In this document: piece after piece, positions 29,676 through 39,584 of the stretch
How the letters are laid out: every line of letters begins with the position of its first letter
How positions within the stretch are numbered: the stretch's first letter is position 1
Assembly (NCBI GenBank): GCA_964524845.1
Contig: CAZGFX010000002.1
Coordinates: 227,428 to 291,427 of the forward strand
Length of the DNA: 64,000 nucleotides
Source of the DNA: an uncultured Gammaproteobacteria bacterium
Lineage (GTDB): Bacteria; Patescibacteriota; Patescibacteriia; CAZGFX01
Reading direction: 5' to 3'
Notes under the pieces: model-generated
The model's input: the letters and a program-made list of their open reading frames with translations, nothing else
The model's database searches: none
Told to the model about the DNA's origin: nothing
Program-made: the position numbers and the translations under genes

Positions 29676-30779
29676 TTATGGTTTTTTTTCAAGCAATACT
29701 TGCTTTCCGTCTCTTATCTCATATACATCAGCCTTTGAAACAACTATCCCATCTGTATCTATCGTGAGAGATCCCATAGCTCCAGAAAAATCTTTGATTA
29801 TATGAAGATTTTTTATTATCTCATCCGCGGTTGGACGATTGTTTGTTTTTACGTTCTCAATCGCATACACAAGTAATTTTATTATATCGTATGAATTTGG
29901 CGCACCTTGAGTGATTGTTGTTTTGTATGTATTTTCATATAATTGTTTGAATTGTAGTGACGGATCTCCAGCATCAACATACCAACTTCCTTCAAGTAAT
30001 TCTTTGTTCTTTGCCCATGAAAACGCTTCAATCGAAGTAAGTGGTGTGGTAATTCCTAAATCTTTAATTTGTTTTATAACAAGCTCGAGTTCTGGAGAAA
30101 AAGCCTTAATAGATATTATATCTGGATTTCCTTTTTGTGCTTTAAGAATAACCGTTTTAAAATCAGTATCTCCTTTCATAATCAACTCATCTCCGACTAT
30201 TTCAATATCAGTTTTTTTAAGATATTCGTTTGCCGCAGAATGAGTTGCCAACGCGCCCTGTTGATTTAAAGTAATTGAAGATATTTTCTTTATTTCTCTT
30301 TTTTTCAACTCTTCTACAAATAATTTTGCTTTTTCAGCAGGGGGTGTCCAATGAATAAAATTATATTCTCCTTTGGCAATATTCGCATCATTTGCAATGC
30401 CGAAATGAATAATTTTATTCGTCTCAGCTATCGGAGCAATAACATTTCCACTTCCTGAAGTAAACGATATAACCGCATCAACCTTATCTATATTGATAAG
30501 CTTATTGATTGCTGAGGCGGTTTTTTTTGGATCAAGCTGGTCATCCTCAAATATGAGTTCATATTTATAATGTGTGTTTTTTATTGAATCATAAGCCAAA
30601 AGAACACCATTTCGAACACCTTCTCCAAGCGAAGCCATGTTCCCACTCAAAGGAGCGATAACTCCTATTTTAATTATATTATTATTTTCTAAATCTTTTT
30701 TTGTCGCGACAATATAAATTCCACCAACAAAAAATAGACATATCACGATCCATATGATAATTTTATTTTCTTTTGACAT
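29676..30779 (-). CDS. LivK-type substrate-binding protein paralog
   Basis: N-terminal TM anchor. IKIGVIAPLSGNMASLGEG motif. Confidence 0.8.
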   Translation of the reverse strand: MSKENKIIIWIVICLFFVGGIYIVATKKDLENNNIIKIGVIAPLSGNMASLGEGVRNGVLLAYDSIKNTHYKYELIFEDDQLDPKKTASAINKLINIDKVDAVISFTSGSGNVIAPIAETNKIIHFGIANDANIAKGEYNFIHWTPPAEKAKLFVEELKKREIKKISSITLNQQGALATHSAANEYLKKTDIEIVGDELIMKGDTDFKTVILKAQKGNPDIISIKAFSPELELVIKQIKDLGITTPLTSIEAFSWAKNKELLEGSWYVDAGDPSLQFKQLYENTYKTTITQGAPNSYDIIKLLVYAIENVKTNNRPTADEIIKNLHIIKDFSGAMGSLTIDTDGIVVSKADVYEIRDGKQVLLEKKP

Positions 30780-30807
30780 AAAAAATATTATTAATATCGA
30801 TTATTTT

Positions 30808-31944
30808 TTATTCATTTAATTTAATAAACGTTCCGTTTTCTAATTTCATTAATTGAACATCTCTTCTTGCTTCTCCGTTTTCATCGAAATCTATTTTTCC
30901 TCCCGCACCAACGTAATTGTGTGTTTCATATAAAACATTTTTTATTTTTTCTGTATTATAACCGACTTTTTTTACAATATTTATAATAATTTTAAAAGCA
31001 TCATAACCATTTATAGAATAAATTCCTGCGTTTTCGCCATATCTTAATTTATATATATTATTGAAATCTGTGTAAAAAGGGTTATTTTCATCTATTCCTT
31101 CATTAGCAATAATTGTTCCTTCGCTTGAATTTTTAGCTTGTTTATATAAATCATCTGATTTTAAAGAAGATATGCCAAACCACGTCGGCTTCAGTCCTAA
31201 CTCAATGGATCTATTAAAAAAAGTTGCGGCTTGTTCAACAAGCAAAACAGTAAACACTGCGTCTGGGTTTTTTTCTTTTAAACTTAATGCTTTTGTTCTT
31301 AGGTCCATATCTCCTATTTGCAATAAATCACGTGCGATCAACTGTACTCCCATTGCAGAAAGCCTTTCTTCAAACGCATTAATATATGGTAAACCCGCTT
31401 CGTTATTCATTGCAATTGCAGCCACTCTTTTATAACCCTTTTTTTGTATATAATCAGCGATCGCATTTGCCTCGAAAGTCCCATTAACTCGATTTCTAAA
31501 AATAAAATCACCAGCATTGGTAATAGAAGGACTTGATGCAAGTGAAACAAAAAGAAGAACCTTGTTTTCATTTGCAATAGGTGCCATCGCCATAACAGAA
31601 CTACTCCCTGTTCCTGTAATAATTACTTTTACTCTATCAACCGATATTAGCTTTTGAAGTGCGCTAACAGAAGTTTTTGGATCACTTTTTCCATCTTCTA
31701 TTAATATTTGTATATTTTTTCTTACGCCATTTGATTTGTTCTCATTTTCAAAAGCTATTTCAATTCCATTTTTTACCCACCCTCCATATAATGACATTGG
31801 TCCTGTCAAATCTGCTATAACACCAATTTTTATAGTCTCTTGTTTATCGTTTTGTGATGTCTTGTTTGTTGTGATAGTATATACCGCTCCCACAACAACC
31901 AAAACAGCTACCACCCAGACTAGAATTTTGTTTTGTTTGGACAT
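30808..31944 (-). CDS. LivK-type substrate-binding protein paralog
   Basis: 5' ~130 nt identical to the 27291..28391 gene. SBP fold. Confidence 0.8.
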   Translation of the reverse strand: MSKQNKILVWVVAVLVVVGAVYTITTNKTSQNDKQETIKIGVIADLTGPMSLYGGWVKNGIEIAFENENKSNGVRKNIQILIEDGKSDPKTSVSALQKLISVDRVKVIITGTGSSSVMAMAPIANENKVLLFVSLASSPSITNAGDFIFRNRVNGTFEANAIADYIQKKGYKRVAAIAMNNEAGLPYINAFEERLSAMGVQLIARDLLQIGDMDLRTKALSLKEKNPDAVFTVLLVEQAATFFNRSIELGLKPTWFGISSLKSDDLYKQAKNSSEGTIIANEGIDENNPFYTDFNNIYKLRYGENAGIYSINGYDAFKIIINIVKKVGYNTEKIKNVLYETHNYVGAGGKIDFDENGEARRDVQLMKLENGTFIKLNE

Positions 31945-32036
31945 AAAAATAATTATTTATTCTGTACTTATAATACTCCTTATTTTAAGGAAATTTCAAG
32001 GAAACACGAACACATATAATTATCTACTCGATACTT

Positions 32037-33035
32037 TTATTCAATCTCGATCGCCTTCCCATTCTCAATCTTTTTTAACCGAATAGGTCTTTTCATTACT
32101 CCATTCTCATCAAATTTACCTGATGAAACAATCGTGTCGCGAACACAGTCATATTTTCCACTGCATTTTTTTACAACTTCTCCCATAATCTCGGCCGCTT
32201 CTTTTGAAATATGAAAAATTCCACCATCGCCTGTATTTGGTAGATCGGCCGGAAAAGAATAAATTACACCCTCCACAAAATCACGCATCGCTGGAAGTTC
32301 GGTGGTGTATTGAGAGTATATCGGCGCAGCCACACCGAGCCTCCTCAACTTATTAATTCCATCAGCAAAGAAAAAAGCAGCATCAGCCACAAATATCGCA
32401 TCAGGCTGCGCCGCACGAATTTTGAGAAGTTCAGAAGAAACATCAGCACCATTATCTGCAAACCAAGACTCGTGCGCAATTTCTCCGGAATAATTTTTTC
32501 TGAAAGAATCCGCATGTGTCCTAGAAAAAGCATTCTCATAAGCGACTAGCGCGACACGCTTCATCCCTAGTTCGAACATCTTACGCGCCAAGAAACTTGA
32601 TTCATCTTCGAGAGAATAATGCATATTAAACATATTTCCTCCGCTTGATGAGAAAAGATTTTTAGACGCGGCGGAAGGCACTATACTCAAAATCTTTTTG
32701 TCTTTCAGAAGCGTTGCGACAACTTCTTGTGGCGACCCGCATGCAGGACCAATAACAAAAGAAACATTATCGAAATCAACGAGTTTTCTAAATGCGCTTA
32801 TTGCGGTTTTTGGTTCGCACTTTTCGTCTTCGAACACAAACTCCACACCATCAAATGAAACAGAAGACACTCCTCGACGAATCTCTTCCCCATACTTTGC
32901 AAAAACATCACTAAGAGGAGCTATTACTCCAATTTTCATATTTCCGTCTGTGTGAGTCGTATTATAAACAAAAAATCCTGCTACAATAAAGAGGCATAAG
33001 ACAACAAACAATATTAATTTTCCTAAAGTTGTCAT
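32037..33035 (-). CDS. LivK-type substrate-binding protein paralog (first gene of liv operon)
   Basis: Track ORF starts at a TTG (33068). First ATG gives MTTLGKLILFVVLCLFIVAGFF as TM anchor. MKIGVIAPLS motif. Confidence 0.75.
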   Translation of the reverse strand: MTTLGKLILFVVLCLFIVAGFFVYNTTHTDGNMKIGVIAPLSDVFAKYGEEIRRGVSSVSFDGVEFVFEDEKCEPKTAISAFRKLVDFDNVSFVIGPACGSPQEVVATLLKDKKILSIVPSAASKNLFSSSGGNMFNMHYSLEDESSFLARKMFELGMKRVALVAYENAFSRTHADSFRKNYSGEIAHESWFADNGADVSSELLKIRAAQPDAIFVADAAFFFADGINKLRRLGVAAPIYSQYTTELPAMRDFVEGVIYSFPADLPNTGDGGIFHISKEAAEIMGEVVKKCSGKYDCVRDTIVSSGKFDENGVMKRPIRLKKIENGKAIEIE

Positions 33036-33043
33036 AAATATAT

Positions 33044-33078
33044 AAAAAAGCAAAAAACCGCCGACCAAGGGCGACGGA
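33044..33078 (-). terminator. putative terminator after rplU
   Basis: GC-rich imperfect hairpin ccgccgacc..gggcgacgg followed by UUUUUUGCUUUUUU on the minus transcript. Confidence 0.35.
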
Positions 33079-33080
33079 TT

Positions 33081-33383
33081 TTATTTGATTCTCACAACAG
33101 TCATTGGTTGACGATGTCCAAATGGAGTTCCTGATGAACGTGTCTTGTTTTTCCATTTCAGACCAAACACCTTTTTCGTCTTCTTCTGTATAATGATCTC
33201 GCCTGTTATCGTATCACCTGTTGTCGGCGCACCAACTTTGATAGTGCCACCAGTGCTAGTCATTAGAACATCAGAAAATTTAACAGTGTCGCCAGTCTTA
33301 CCATCGATTTTCTCAACGGTTACCGGTTTGCCCGTCTGAACAATGTACTGTTTACCACCTGTCTTAATAACGGAAAAATCCAT
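33081..33383 (-). CDS. rplU: 50S ribosomal protein L21
   Basis: MDFSVIKTGGKQYIVQTGKPVTVEKI matches the L21 N-terminus. Track ORF extends upstream; conserved start at 33383. Confidence 0.85.
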   Translation of the reverse strand: MDFSVIKTGGKQYIVQTGKPVTVEKIDGKTGDTVKFSDVLMTSTGGTIKVGAPTTGDTITGEIIIQKKTKKVFGLKWKNKTRSSGTPFGHRQPMTVVRIK

Positions 33384-33480
33384 ATATATAGTATTAAAGT
33401 GAACGCGTGCATAATAGCAAAACCAAGCCAAAAGTCAATAGTGAAAAAGCATTTCAACTAATGGTCGAAGCGAAGTAAAA

Positions 33481-33620
33481 TATATAGGATGAGACCTCTT
33501 CCTGACATACGTCAGGACAGGCTCCTCCGGTCGAGGTGACAATTTCCGCAAGGCGGGATCCCGCTTTGCGGTGGGTTGAGCCAAGTGAATGTGCCTGTAC
33601 TGAGCAGAACGAATGTGCCA
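33481..33620. repeat. GC-rich palindromic repeat unit (family 3), copy 1, in the rplU 5' leader region
   Basis: ggatgagacctcttcctgacatacgtcaggacaggc...tcgaggtgacaa, shared with 56711-56812. Strong palindrome ccgcaaggcggga/tcccgctttgcgg. Far more GC-rich than the surroundings. Confidence 0.5.
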
Positions 33621-33624
33621 AAAA

Positions 33625-34131
33625 TTAAAATTCTTGTTTATCAAGCTCTGCTTCTTCTCTTGATTTCTTCGGAAACTCCATGGTTGATCCAACCGTAATA
33701 CCGCGCCGAGCAACGTCTCCGGCCGGCAATTCAAGCACATAACGCACAGGTTCATTTGATGAGTAGTGTTTCAATTCATTATCAGGTCTTCCATATCCTG
33801 GTTCAGCGCTTTCTTCAAACCCAATAACATTGCCTTTATTAGTAATCCAAACCATATCGAGAGAAATCTTGGTATTTTTCATCCAAAAAGACTGGACTCG
33901 TTCTCTCTGCATATCAAACAACATTCCATCATAATAAAAAGAATCTCTAAATCCCATACCTCTTTGTTGTTGTGAAGGAGTTGCAGCAATTTCAACCGTA
34001 AGATATTCTCCATTTATAGTAATATCTTTTGTTTGAAGCGACACTTTTGCATACGGGCTATCATCGTATCCGCAAGAACTCAGAGTCACACCACCAACAA
34101 AAATCAATACAAAAATTAAAAAACGTTTCAT
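33625..34131 (-). CDS. DUF192-family lipoprotein
   Basis: Lipobox LSSC. MLFDMQ...FWMKNT...DMVWI...YVLELPAG is the DUF192 (COG1430) pattern. Confidence 0.65.
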   Translation of the reverse strand: MKRFLIFVLIFVGGVTLSSCGYDDSPYAKVSLQTKDITINGEYLTVEIAATPSQQQRGMGFRDSFYYDGMLFDMQRERVQSFWMKNTKISLDMVWITNKGNVIGFEESAEPGYGRPDNELKHYSSNEPVRYVLELPAGDVARRGITVGSTMEFPKKSREEAELDKQEF

Positions 34132-34165
34132 ATAATAATATATTTCTTTGATAGTATATCAAATA

Positions 34166-35233
34166 TCACGTACTCTTTTCAATCCCTATCTGACTATTTT
34201 TTGATCGTGACATTAAATAAAGCGGCCCAAAGAAAATACAAAGACCAGCAACAACAAATAAAACAAGCTTCCACTTAGTATCAGCAAGAATGCTTATAAT
34301 TCCAAAAACTATACTACATGCATATAAAAATACGACGCTTCTCACATATCCGAAACCTGATCCGAGAAGCACATGGTGTATATGTCGCCTGTCTCCTTCG
34401 TTAAATACAGATGTATGAGCAAGAAATTTTCTGCAAAACATAATGCGAACAACATCAATAAGTGGAATACTCATAATAAGCGCCGTTGCGGCGATTTTGC
34501 TCCCACTCATTATAGAAAGAACTCCTAACGCAAACCCAGCAAAAACACTTCCTGACTCACCAAGAAAAATTCGCGCAGGATGCCAATTCCAAACCAAAAA
34601 ACCCAAATAAGATCCCATAAGAGCAAGAAGAAGCGATGATGTAGGAGTCGTCGCTTGATCCCAAAGAAGACTCACAATAAAAACAAAAAACGCCGCAATC
34701 GCAGTAAGTCCTGAAACAAGTCCATCCATTCCATCAAGCACCTTCGTACTATTCATAAGCCCAAGAAGCCATACAAAAGCTATAAGATGAGGAACATAAC
34801 CCAGAGAAGATATTGTTATGCTTCCTCCAAGTGGATTTGTAAGAACATCAGGAAGTATTCCACTTCCAATAACTATAAAAATTGCGAGACACTGAAACAA
34901 AAGTTGATACCTAACTCGCAGTGTATACACATCATCCAGAAATCCTCCTATCATGAGTACACCTCCTCCTACAATAAATCCAATAAGTGGAATTATCGTC
35001 TCCTGAGAAAACGCGGATGGTTGGCTGAAAAAAAGAACCGCGCATCCAATACAAAAACCTATAAACACTGCTATTCCACCGAGAAGAGGTGTCGGATTGG
35101 TGTGAATCTTTTTTGAGTGAACGGATGGATTATCAATAATATTTTTCTTTAATGCAAAAAGACGTACAAGCGCTGTCGCTCCAACCGCCATAACAAATGA
35201 AACAAAAAATATTATAACATGTATTAATGTCAT
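34166..35233 (-). CDS. glycosyltransferase family 4 polyprenyl-phosphate phospho-sugar transferase (WecA/MraY-like)
   Basis: 10-11 TM. HTNPTPLLGG and MNSTKVLDGMDGL motifs of the MraY/WecA superfamily. Confidence 0.65.
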   Translation of the reverse strand: MTLIHVIIFFVSFVMAVGATALVRLFALKKNIIDNPSVHSKKIHTNPTPLLGGIAVFIGFCIGCAVLFFSQPSAFSQETIIPLIGFIVGGGVLMIGGFLDDVYTLRVRYQLLFQCLAIFIVIGSGILPDVLTNPLGGSITISSLGYVPHLIAFVWLLGLMNSTKVLDGMDGLVSGLTAIAAFFVFIVSLLWDQATTPTSSLLLALMGSYLGFLVWNWHPARIFLGESGSVFAGFALGVLSIMSGSKIAATALIMSIPLIDVVRIMFCRKFLAHTSVFNEGDRRHIHHVLLGSGFGYVRSVVFLYACSIVFGIISILADTKWKLVLFVVAGLCIFFGPLYLMSRSKNSQIGIEKST

Positions 35234-35234
35234 A

Positions 35235-35627
35235 TTAATTATTTTTCTCTATATAAAGAGTCAAAATATTCATCGCGGAGAGTTCGTCTCTTCCTTTCTC
35301 GGACCCTTCTTTTATAAAACGATCAGAGAGTTGTGAGCTCATGACTTCATTAACTTCAAAAATATCGTATGGACTTTGATTTTTAAGTTTTTCGATAAAA
35401 AATCTAGTTATTCGCAACTGTTCGTTATCTCTTCCAGCAAAAGGAACCGGAACACCAACAACAATTCCATCACATCCATAAAGCGTAGCAGTTGAGATTA
35501 TTTTTTTTATAGCCTCATCAAAATTATCAGAAACCACCTCGATTGTTGTAAGTGGAACGACTACGGCTCCATCTGAAAACGCTATACCAATTCTTTTTTC
35601 TCCATAATCCACCCCTAGATATTTCAT
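35235..35627 (-). CDS. ruvX: Holliday junction resolvase-like YqgF/RuvX
   Basis: MKYLGVDYGEKRIGIAFSD N-terminal RNase H-like motif, ~130 aa. Confidence 0.8.
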   Translation of the reverse strand: MKYLGVDYGEKRIGIAFSDGAVVVPLTTIEVVSDNFDEAIKKIISTATLYGCDGIVVGVPVPFAGRDNEQLRITRFFIEKLKNQSPYDIFEVNEVMSSQLSDRFIKEGSEKGRDELSAMNILTLYIEKNN

Positions 35628-35636
35628 ATTATTCTA

Positions 35637-36392
35637 TTATATTCTAGTAATTATCCTCACTTGTCCATCCGAGTCGATTGCTATGGTGTGCTCAAAATGA
35701 GCAGCGACCGATCCGTCCATTGTTTTAACTGTCCAATGGTCTTTTGTAATATACACAGCATCATCACCCAGCATAATCATCGGCTCAAGACAAAAAACCA
35801 TTCCTTTTGTTATAGAAACTCCCATTCCTTTTCTTCCAAAATTCGGAAAAGGTGGATCTTCGTGCACCGAATAACCTACTCCATGTCCTGTATAATCCCT
35901 AACAATTCCATACGAACCTTGCATGGAAACATATGTTTCGATCGCATTACCAATGTCTCCGGTGGTTACTCCGTCATGAATTGCATCGATGCCGGCTGTG
36001 AGCGCGCCGCGCGCGGCATCAATCAAACCATGTATCTTCTTATCAACATTACCAACAGGTACTGTTATAGCCGCATCCGTATACAAGTTTTTATAAAGAA
36101 GACCTGCGTCTATACTAATACAATCTCCGTCTTTTAGAATACGTGCGCTCGGGATACCATGAACCACCTCATCATTCACAGAAGTACAAAGTCCTGCCGG
36201 AAATCCTTTGTATCCTTTAAACGCGGGCCGCGCGCCGGCGCGCGAAACCCCTTCTTCAAAATATTTATTGAGTTCAAGCGTTGTTATTCCGGAACGAACT
36301 TGATTCGCAGTTTCAATAAGAAGATTCATGAGAATTTTTCCGCCTTCTTCCAGGATAGCTATGTCAGCATCTGTCTTTAGTCTTGTTCTCAT
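35637..36392 (-). CDS. map: methionine aminopeptidase type I
   Basis: Metal-binding residues in the DAGL..Y.D, GHGVG and EPM/EHT blocks. Follows adk as in spc operons. Confidence 0.9.
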   Translation of the reverse strand: MRTRLKTDADIAILEEGGKILMNLLIETANQVRSGITTLELNKYFEEGVSRAGARPAFKGYKGFPAGLCTSVNDEVVHGIPSARILKDGDCISIDAGLLYKNLYTDAAITVPVGNVDKKIHGLIDAARGALTAGIDAIHDGVTTGDIGNAIETYVSMQGSYGIVRDYTGHGVGYSVHEDPPFPNFGRKGMGVSITKGMVFCLEPMIMLGDDAVYITKDHWTVKTMDGSVAAHFEHTIAIDSDGQVRIITRI

Positions 36393-36398
36393 ATAAAT

Positions 36399-37073
36399 TT
36401 AAATCTCATAAGCACTAAGAACATCTAGCTTATCAACGACCGCATGATTGACATCAGAAATTGTCATCGTTCCATCAATATGTACGAGCCTTCCTTCGGA
36501 CTCATAAAGTTTGATTGCTGGCATTACTTGTTCATAAAAACTATCAAGACGCTTATTAATCGCATCAATATTAATATCGTCTTTTCTAATAATTATATTC
36601 GTACTTCCGCACTTGTCACACTGTTTTATATCAGAAGAAGTAAAAATTTTTCCGCATTCGCCACACAAAGAACGTTTTTGCAAACGATCTGCGGCCGTTT
36701 CCCTTGGTATGTCAATCCACAACGCAATAATATGCTTATAATCAAACTCTTTCGCCATCTTATCGAGATCGTGTTTTTGTACAACAGAACGAGGATATCC
36801 ATCAAATATAATATCATCTGAAACATCCATTAATTCCAGTTTTCTATGAATAATTTTTGTTATTATAGAATCATCAAGAAAAGCACCTGACTCCATCGTC
36901 TTTTTTACCAAATGACCTAGATCAGAATCTTCTTTCGATATCTCACGAACCACGTCTCCGGCAACAATTCTCTGATATCCGCGATGATCTTCGAGAAATT
37001 GAGATTGAGTACCTTTTCCTGCGCCGGAAATCCCCAATAAAACAATAATTCGTTTATGATTTTGTTTGTCCAT
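36399..37073 (-). CDS. adk: adenylate kinase (zinc-lid form)
   Basis: P-loop GISGAGKGTQ. LID Cys4 CGECGKIF...CDKCGS. Track ORF starts at a TTG (37100); first ATG at 37073. Confidence 0.9.
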   Translation of the reverse strand: MDKQNHKRIIVLLGISGAGKGTQSQFLEDHRGYQRIVAGDVVREISKEDSDLGHLVKKTMESGAFLDDSIITKIIHRKLELMDVSDDIIFDGYPRSVVQKHDLDKMAKEFDYKHIIALWIDIPRETAADRLQKRSLCGECGKIFTSSDIKQCDKCGSTNIIIRKDDINIDAINKRLDSFYEQVMPAIKLYESEGRLVHIDGTMTISDVNHAVVDKLDVLSAYEI

Positions 37074-37163
37074 ATGTTTACATTGTAACAAATCAATCAA
37101 ATAAGGATAGGTGAAAAAAATCCGCCAAAAAGGCGGATGAGGCTTTGTTAAAATGTATAAAAA

Positions 37164-38441
37164 TTACAGCTTATCGTACTCACTATGGACTAACTGAGCA
37201 TCGATTTGGCGCATAGATTCTAACACAACCTGTACCACGATCAATAAACTAGTACCACCTATAATACTAGAAATAGAGGCGTTTATAGGATTAACTACGA
37301 TTGGAAGAACAGCCAAAACGCCTAAAAACAAAGCTCCAGCAAAAGTAATTCGGAAAACAACTTTTCGTAAATAATTTATGGTTTCTTCTCCCGGACGAAC
37401 ACCAACGACAAAAGCGCCTTGTTTTTGAAGATTGTCAGCAACTTCTTTTGGATTAAATACTATACTTGTATAAAAATATGTGAAAAGCACCACGAGAATG
37501 AAATAGATAGAAGCGTAAAACGTGTTATCTTGAAATAGCGCTATTACTTTCTGTGCGAATTCAGCAAGCCATGGAGTCGGTGCCGAAAGAAAAAATTGGG
37601 CGATAAGAGACGGAAATATCATTACTGAAATAGCGAAGATAATAGGAATTACTCCGGCGATATTAACGCGCAAAGGAAGATTTGTACGAACCTTATCACC
37701 TATCATAAGTCCGCGTGTATGTCTAGCATATTGAATTGGAATTTCTCTTTGCCCTTCTGTTATAAACACCACACCAACGACAACTGCGATAAACGCTGTT
37801 ATTAAAAGCGCGTAATTAATGATCTGAGATGGGTCGTATAAAACGATCATCTGTTGAACAATTGACGGAATACTAGCAAGAATTCCTGCAAAAATAAGCA
37901 AAGAGAGACCATTTCCAATTTTCTTCTCTGTAATAAGTTCTCCGAGCCACATTAGAAACACTGTTCCGGCAGTAACAATAATCATTGTTAAGAATAACTC
38001 CCACCCTTGAATTGACTGAAGCGCACTTACAGCAACTTGTTTTTTAATAAGAGAAATAAAACCATATGCCTGAAGCATTGAAATAGGAACTGTAGCCCAC
38101 CTGGTATATCGATTGATTCTTTTTCTTCCTATTTCTCCTTCTTCTTTTTGCATTCGTTCTAAACGAGGAATGACAATGGTCAAAAGCTGGAAAATAATCG
38201 AGGAGGTAATGTATGGTCCGATACCAAGCATCATAATTGAGAAGCTTCTAAGCCCACCTCCGGAAAAAACATTAAGAATACCAAGGTATTCGTTTGCGGA
38301 AAAAAAATCGCGGAGCGCTTGCGCATCAATTCCTGGAACAGGTATGTTCGCACCAAGTCTAAACACAGCAAACATCAGAAGCACAAATATAATACTTCCT
38401 CGAAGACGTTTGTTCTGCCAAATAAGTTCAAACTTGGTCAT
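37164..38441 (-). CDS. secY: preprotein translocase subunit SecY
   Basis: 10 TM, 425 aa. Located between rplO and adk. Confidence 0.9.
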   Translation of the reverse strand: MTKFELIWQNKRLRGSIIFVLLMFAVFRLGANIPVPGIDAQALRDFFSANEYLGILNVFSGGGLRSFSIMMLGIGPYITSSIIFQLLTIVIPRLERMQKEEGEIGRKRINRYTRWATVPISMLQAYGFISLIKKQVAVSALQSIQGWELFLTMIIVTAGTVFLMWLGELITEKKIGNGLSLLIFAGILASIPSIVQQMIVLYDPSQIINYALLITAFIAVVVGVVFITEGQREIPIQYARHTRGLMIGDKVRTNLPLRVNIAGVIPIIFAISVMIFPSLIAQFFLSAPTPWLAEFAQKVIALFQDNTFYASIYFILVVLFTYFYTSIVFNPKEVADNLQKQGAFVVGVRPGEETINYLRKVVFRITFAGALFLGVLAVLPIVVNPINASISSIIGGTSLLIVVQVVLESMRQIDAQLVHSEYDKL

Positions 38442-38464
38442 ATTAATTATATAAAAAATTATGT

Positions 38465-38953
38465 TTATTGAGTCTTTTTGGTTTTTGGTTTAGTTTTTGT
38501 TTTCTTTTTGTTTCTTGCGTCAGAGATTATGTGTATCTTTCCACCTTGTTTTTCAATTGCTTCACGAGCTGTTCCGGAACATTCGTGTACGTAAATTTCT
38601 ATTTTTTTCGTTAGTTTTCCTTTGCCAAGTATTTTCACACCAAATCGCTCAGTCGAAATTATACCTGCCTGAACAAGATTAATAGGTTGTATCGTCGTCA
38701 TACCAATTGTTTCGAGCGACGACAAATTAACAACCGCTCGTTTCGGGAAACGTGGTACAAAACCTCTTATTTTCGGAATTTGAAAAACAAACTGCTTCAA
38801 ACCTCTCTGTGCAAAACCAGCAGTACCCGAACGTGCGCGCTGACCTTTGCGCCCTTTTCCAGAATACGAACCAGCACCGGAACTGTCTCCTCGACCAAGT
38901 CGTTTTCCCGATTTTGTGGTTCCTTTACTTTTTAAACTGTGTAATGTAAGCAT
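38465..38953 (-). CDS. rplO: 50S ribosomal protein L15 (Lys-rich C-terminal extension)
   Basis: GKRLGRGDSSGAGSYSGKGRKGQ motif. Directly follows rpsE with no rpmD between. Confidence 0.9.
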   Translation of the reverse strand: MLTLHSLKSKGTTKSGKRLGRGDSSGAGSYSGKGRKGQRARSGTAGFAQRGLKQFVFQIPKIRGFVPRFPKRAVVNLSSLETIGMTTIQPINLVQAGIISTERFGVKILGKGKLTKKIEIYVHECSGTAREAIEKQGGKIHIISDARNKKKTKTKPKTKKTQ

Positions 38954-38980
38954 ACGTATTTTCCTAAAAAACTCTATATA

Positions 38981-39577
38981 TTATGATAATGCCGATTGGC
39001 TTTTTGATTCGTTGGATTGATTTTCTTTTTGATTTTTCCCAAATGTTTTCGGTTCTTTTTCGTTATTATTATTCTGATCATTTTCTTCGTTTGTTGGGAA
39101 TCCTTTCCCTCGAACATTTTTAAAATGACTGAGCGCTCTCATCAAACATTGTGAAACGACCACCTTGTTTGTCGATCCATGAATTTTACATACAATATCT
39201 CGAACACCAGCTAGTTCGAGAATGATACGAGCTGATCCTCCAGCTTTCAAACCGGCTCCGCTTCTTGCAGGACGCAAAATAATACGAGCAGACTTAAATT
39301 TATGAGTAAGTTCGTGTGTTACAGTACCACCAAATAAGGGAAATCTTATCAAATTTTTTCGTGCCTGAGTAGCGGCCTTGTTCATTGCGATTGACACATC
39401 TGCTCCTTTTGCAATACCTAGCCCAACCATTCCTGATCGATTACCAATAGCAACAGTGGCACGAAAACGCATACGTTTACCACCGGCCATAACACGAGTG
39501 ACACGAGCAAGATCGATCGTCTCCTGATCAAAGGCGTCTTTTACTTTCTTATTTCTTTTGTTACCTTCGTATGCCAT
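38981..39577 (-). CDS. rpsE: 30S ribosomal protein S5 (with ~40 aa C-terminal low-complexity tail)
   Basis: GGTVTHE...ARIILRPARSGAGLKAGG S5 core. Confidence 0.9.
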   Translation of the reverse strand: MAYEGNKRNKKVKDAFDQETIDLARVTRVMAGGKRMRFRATVAIGNRSGMVGLGIAKGADVSIAMNKAATQARKNLIRFPLFGGTVTHELTHKFKSARIILRPARSGAGLKAGGSARIILELAGVRDIVCKIHGSTNKVVVSQCLMRALSHFKNVRGKGFPTNEENDQNNNNEKEPKTFGKNQKENQSNESKSQSALS

Positions 39578-39584
39578 ATACTAT

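Noticed and set aside
33435-33755. 106-aa minus-strand ORF overlapping the rplU leader
   Set aside because: Covers the GC-rich palindromic repeat and overlaps the DUF192 gene out of frame.
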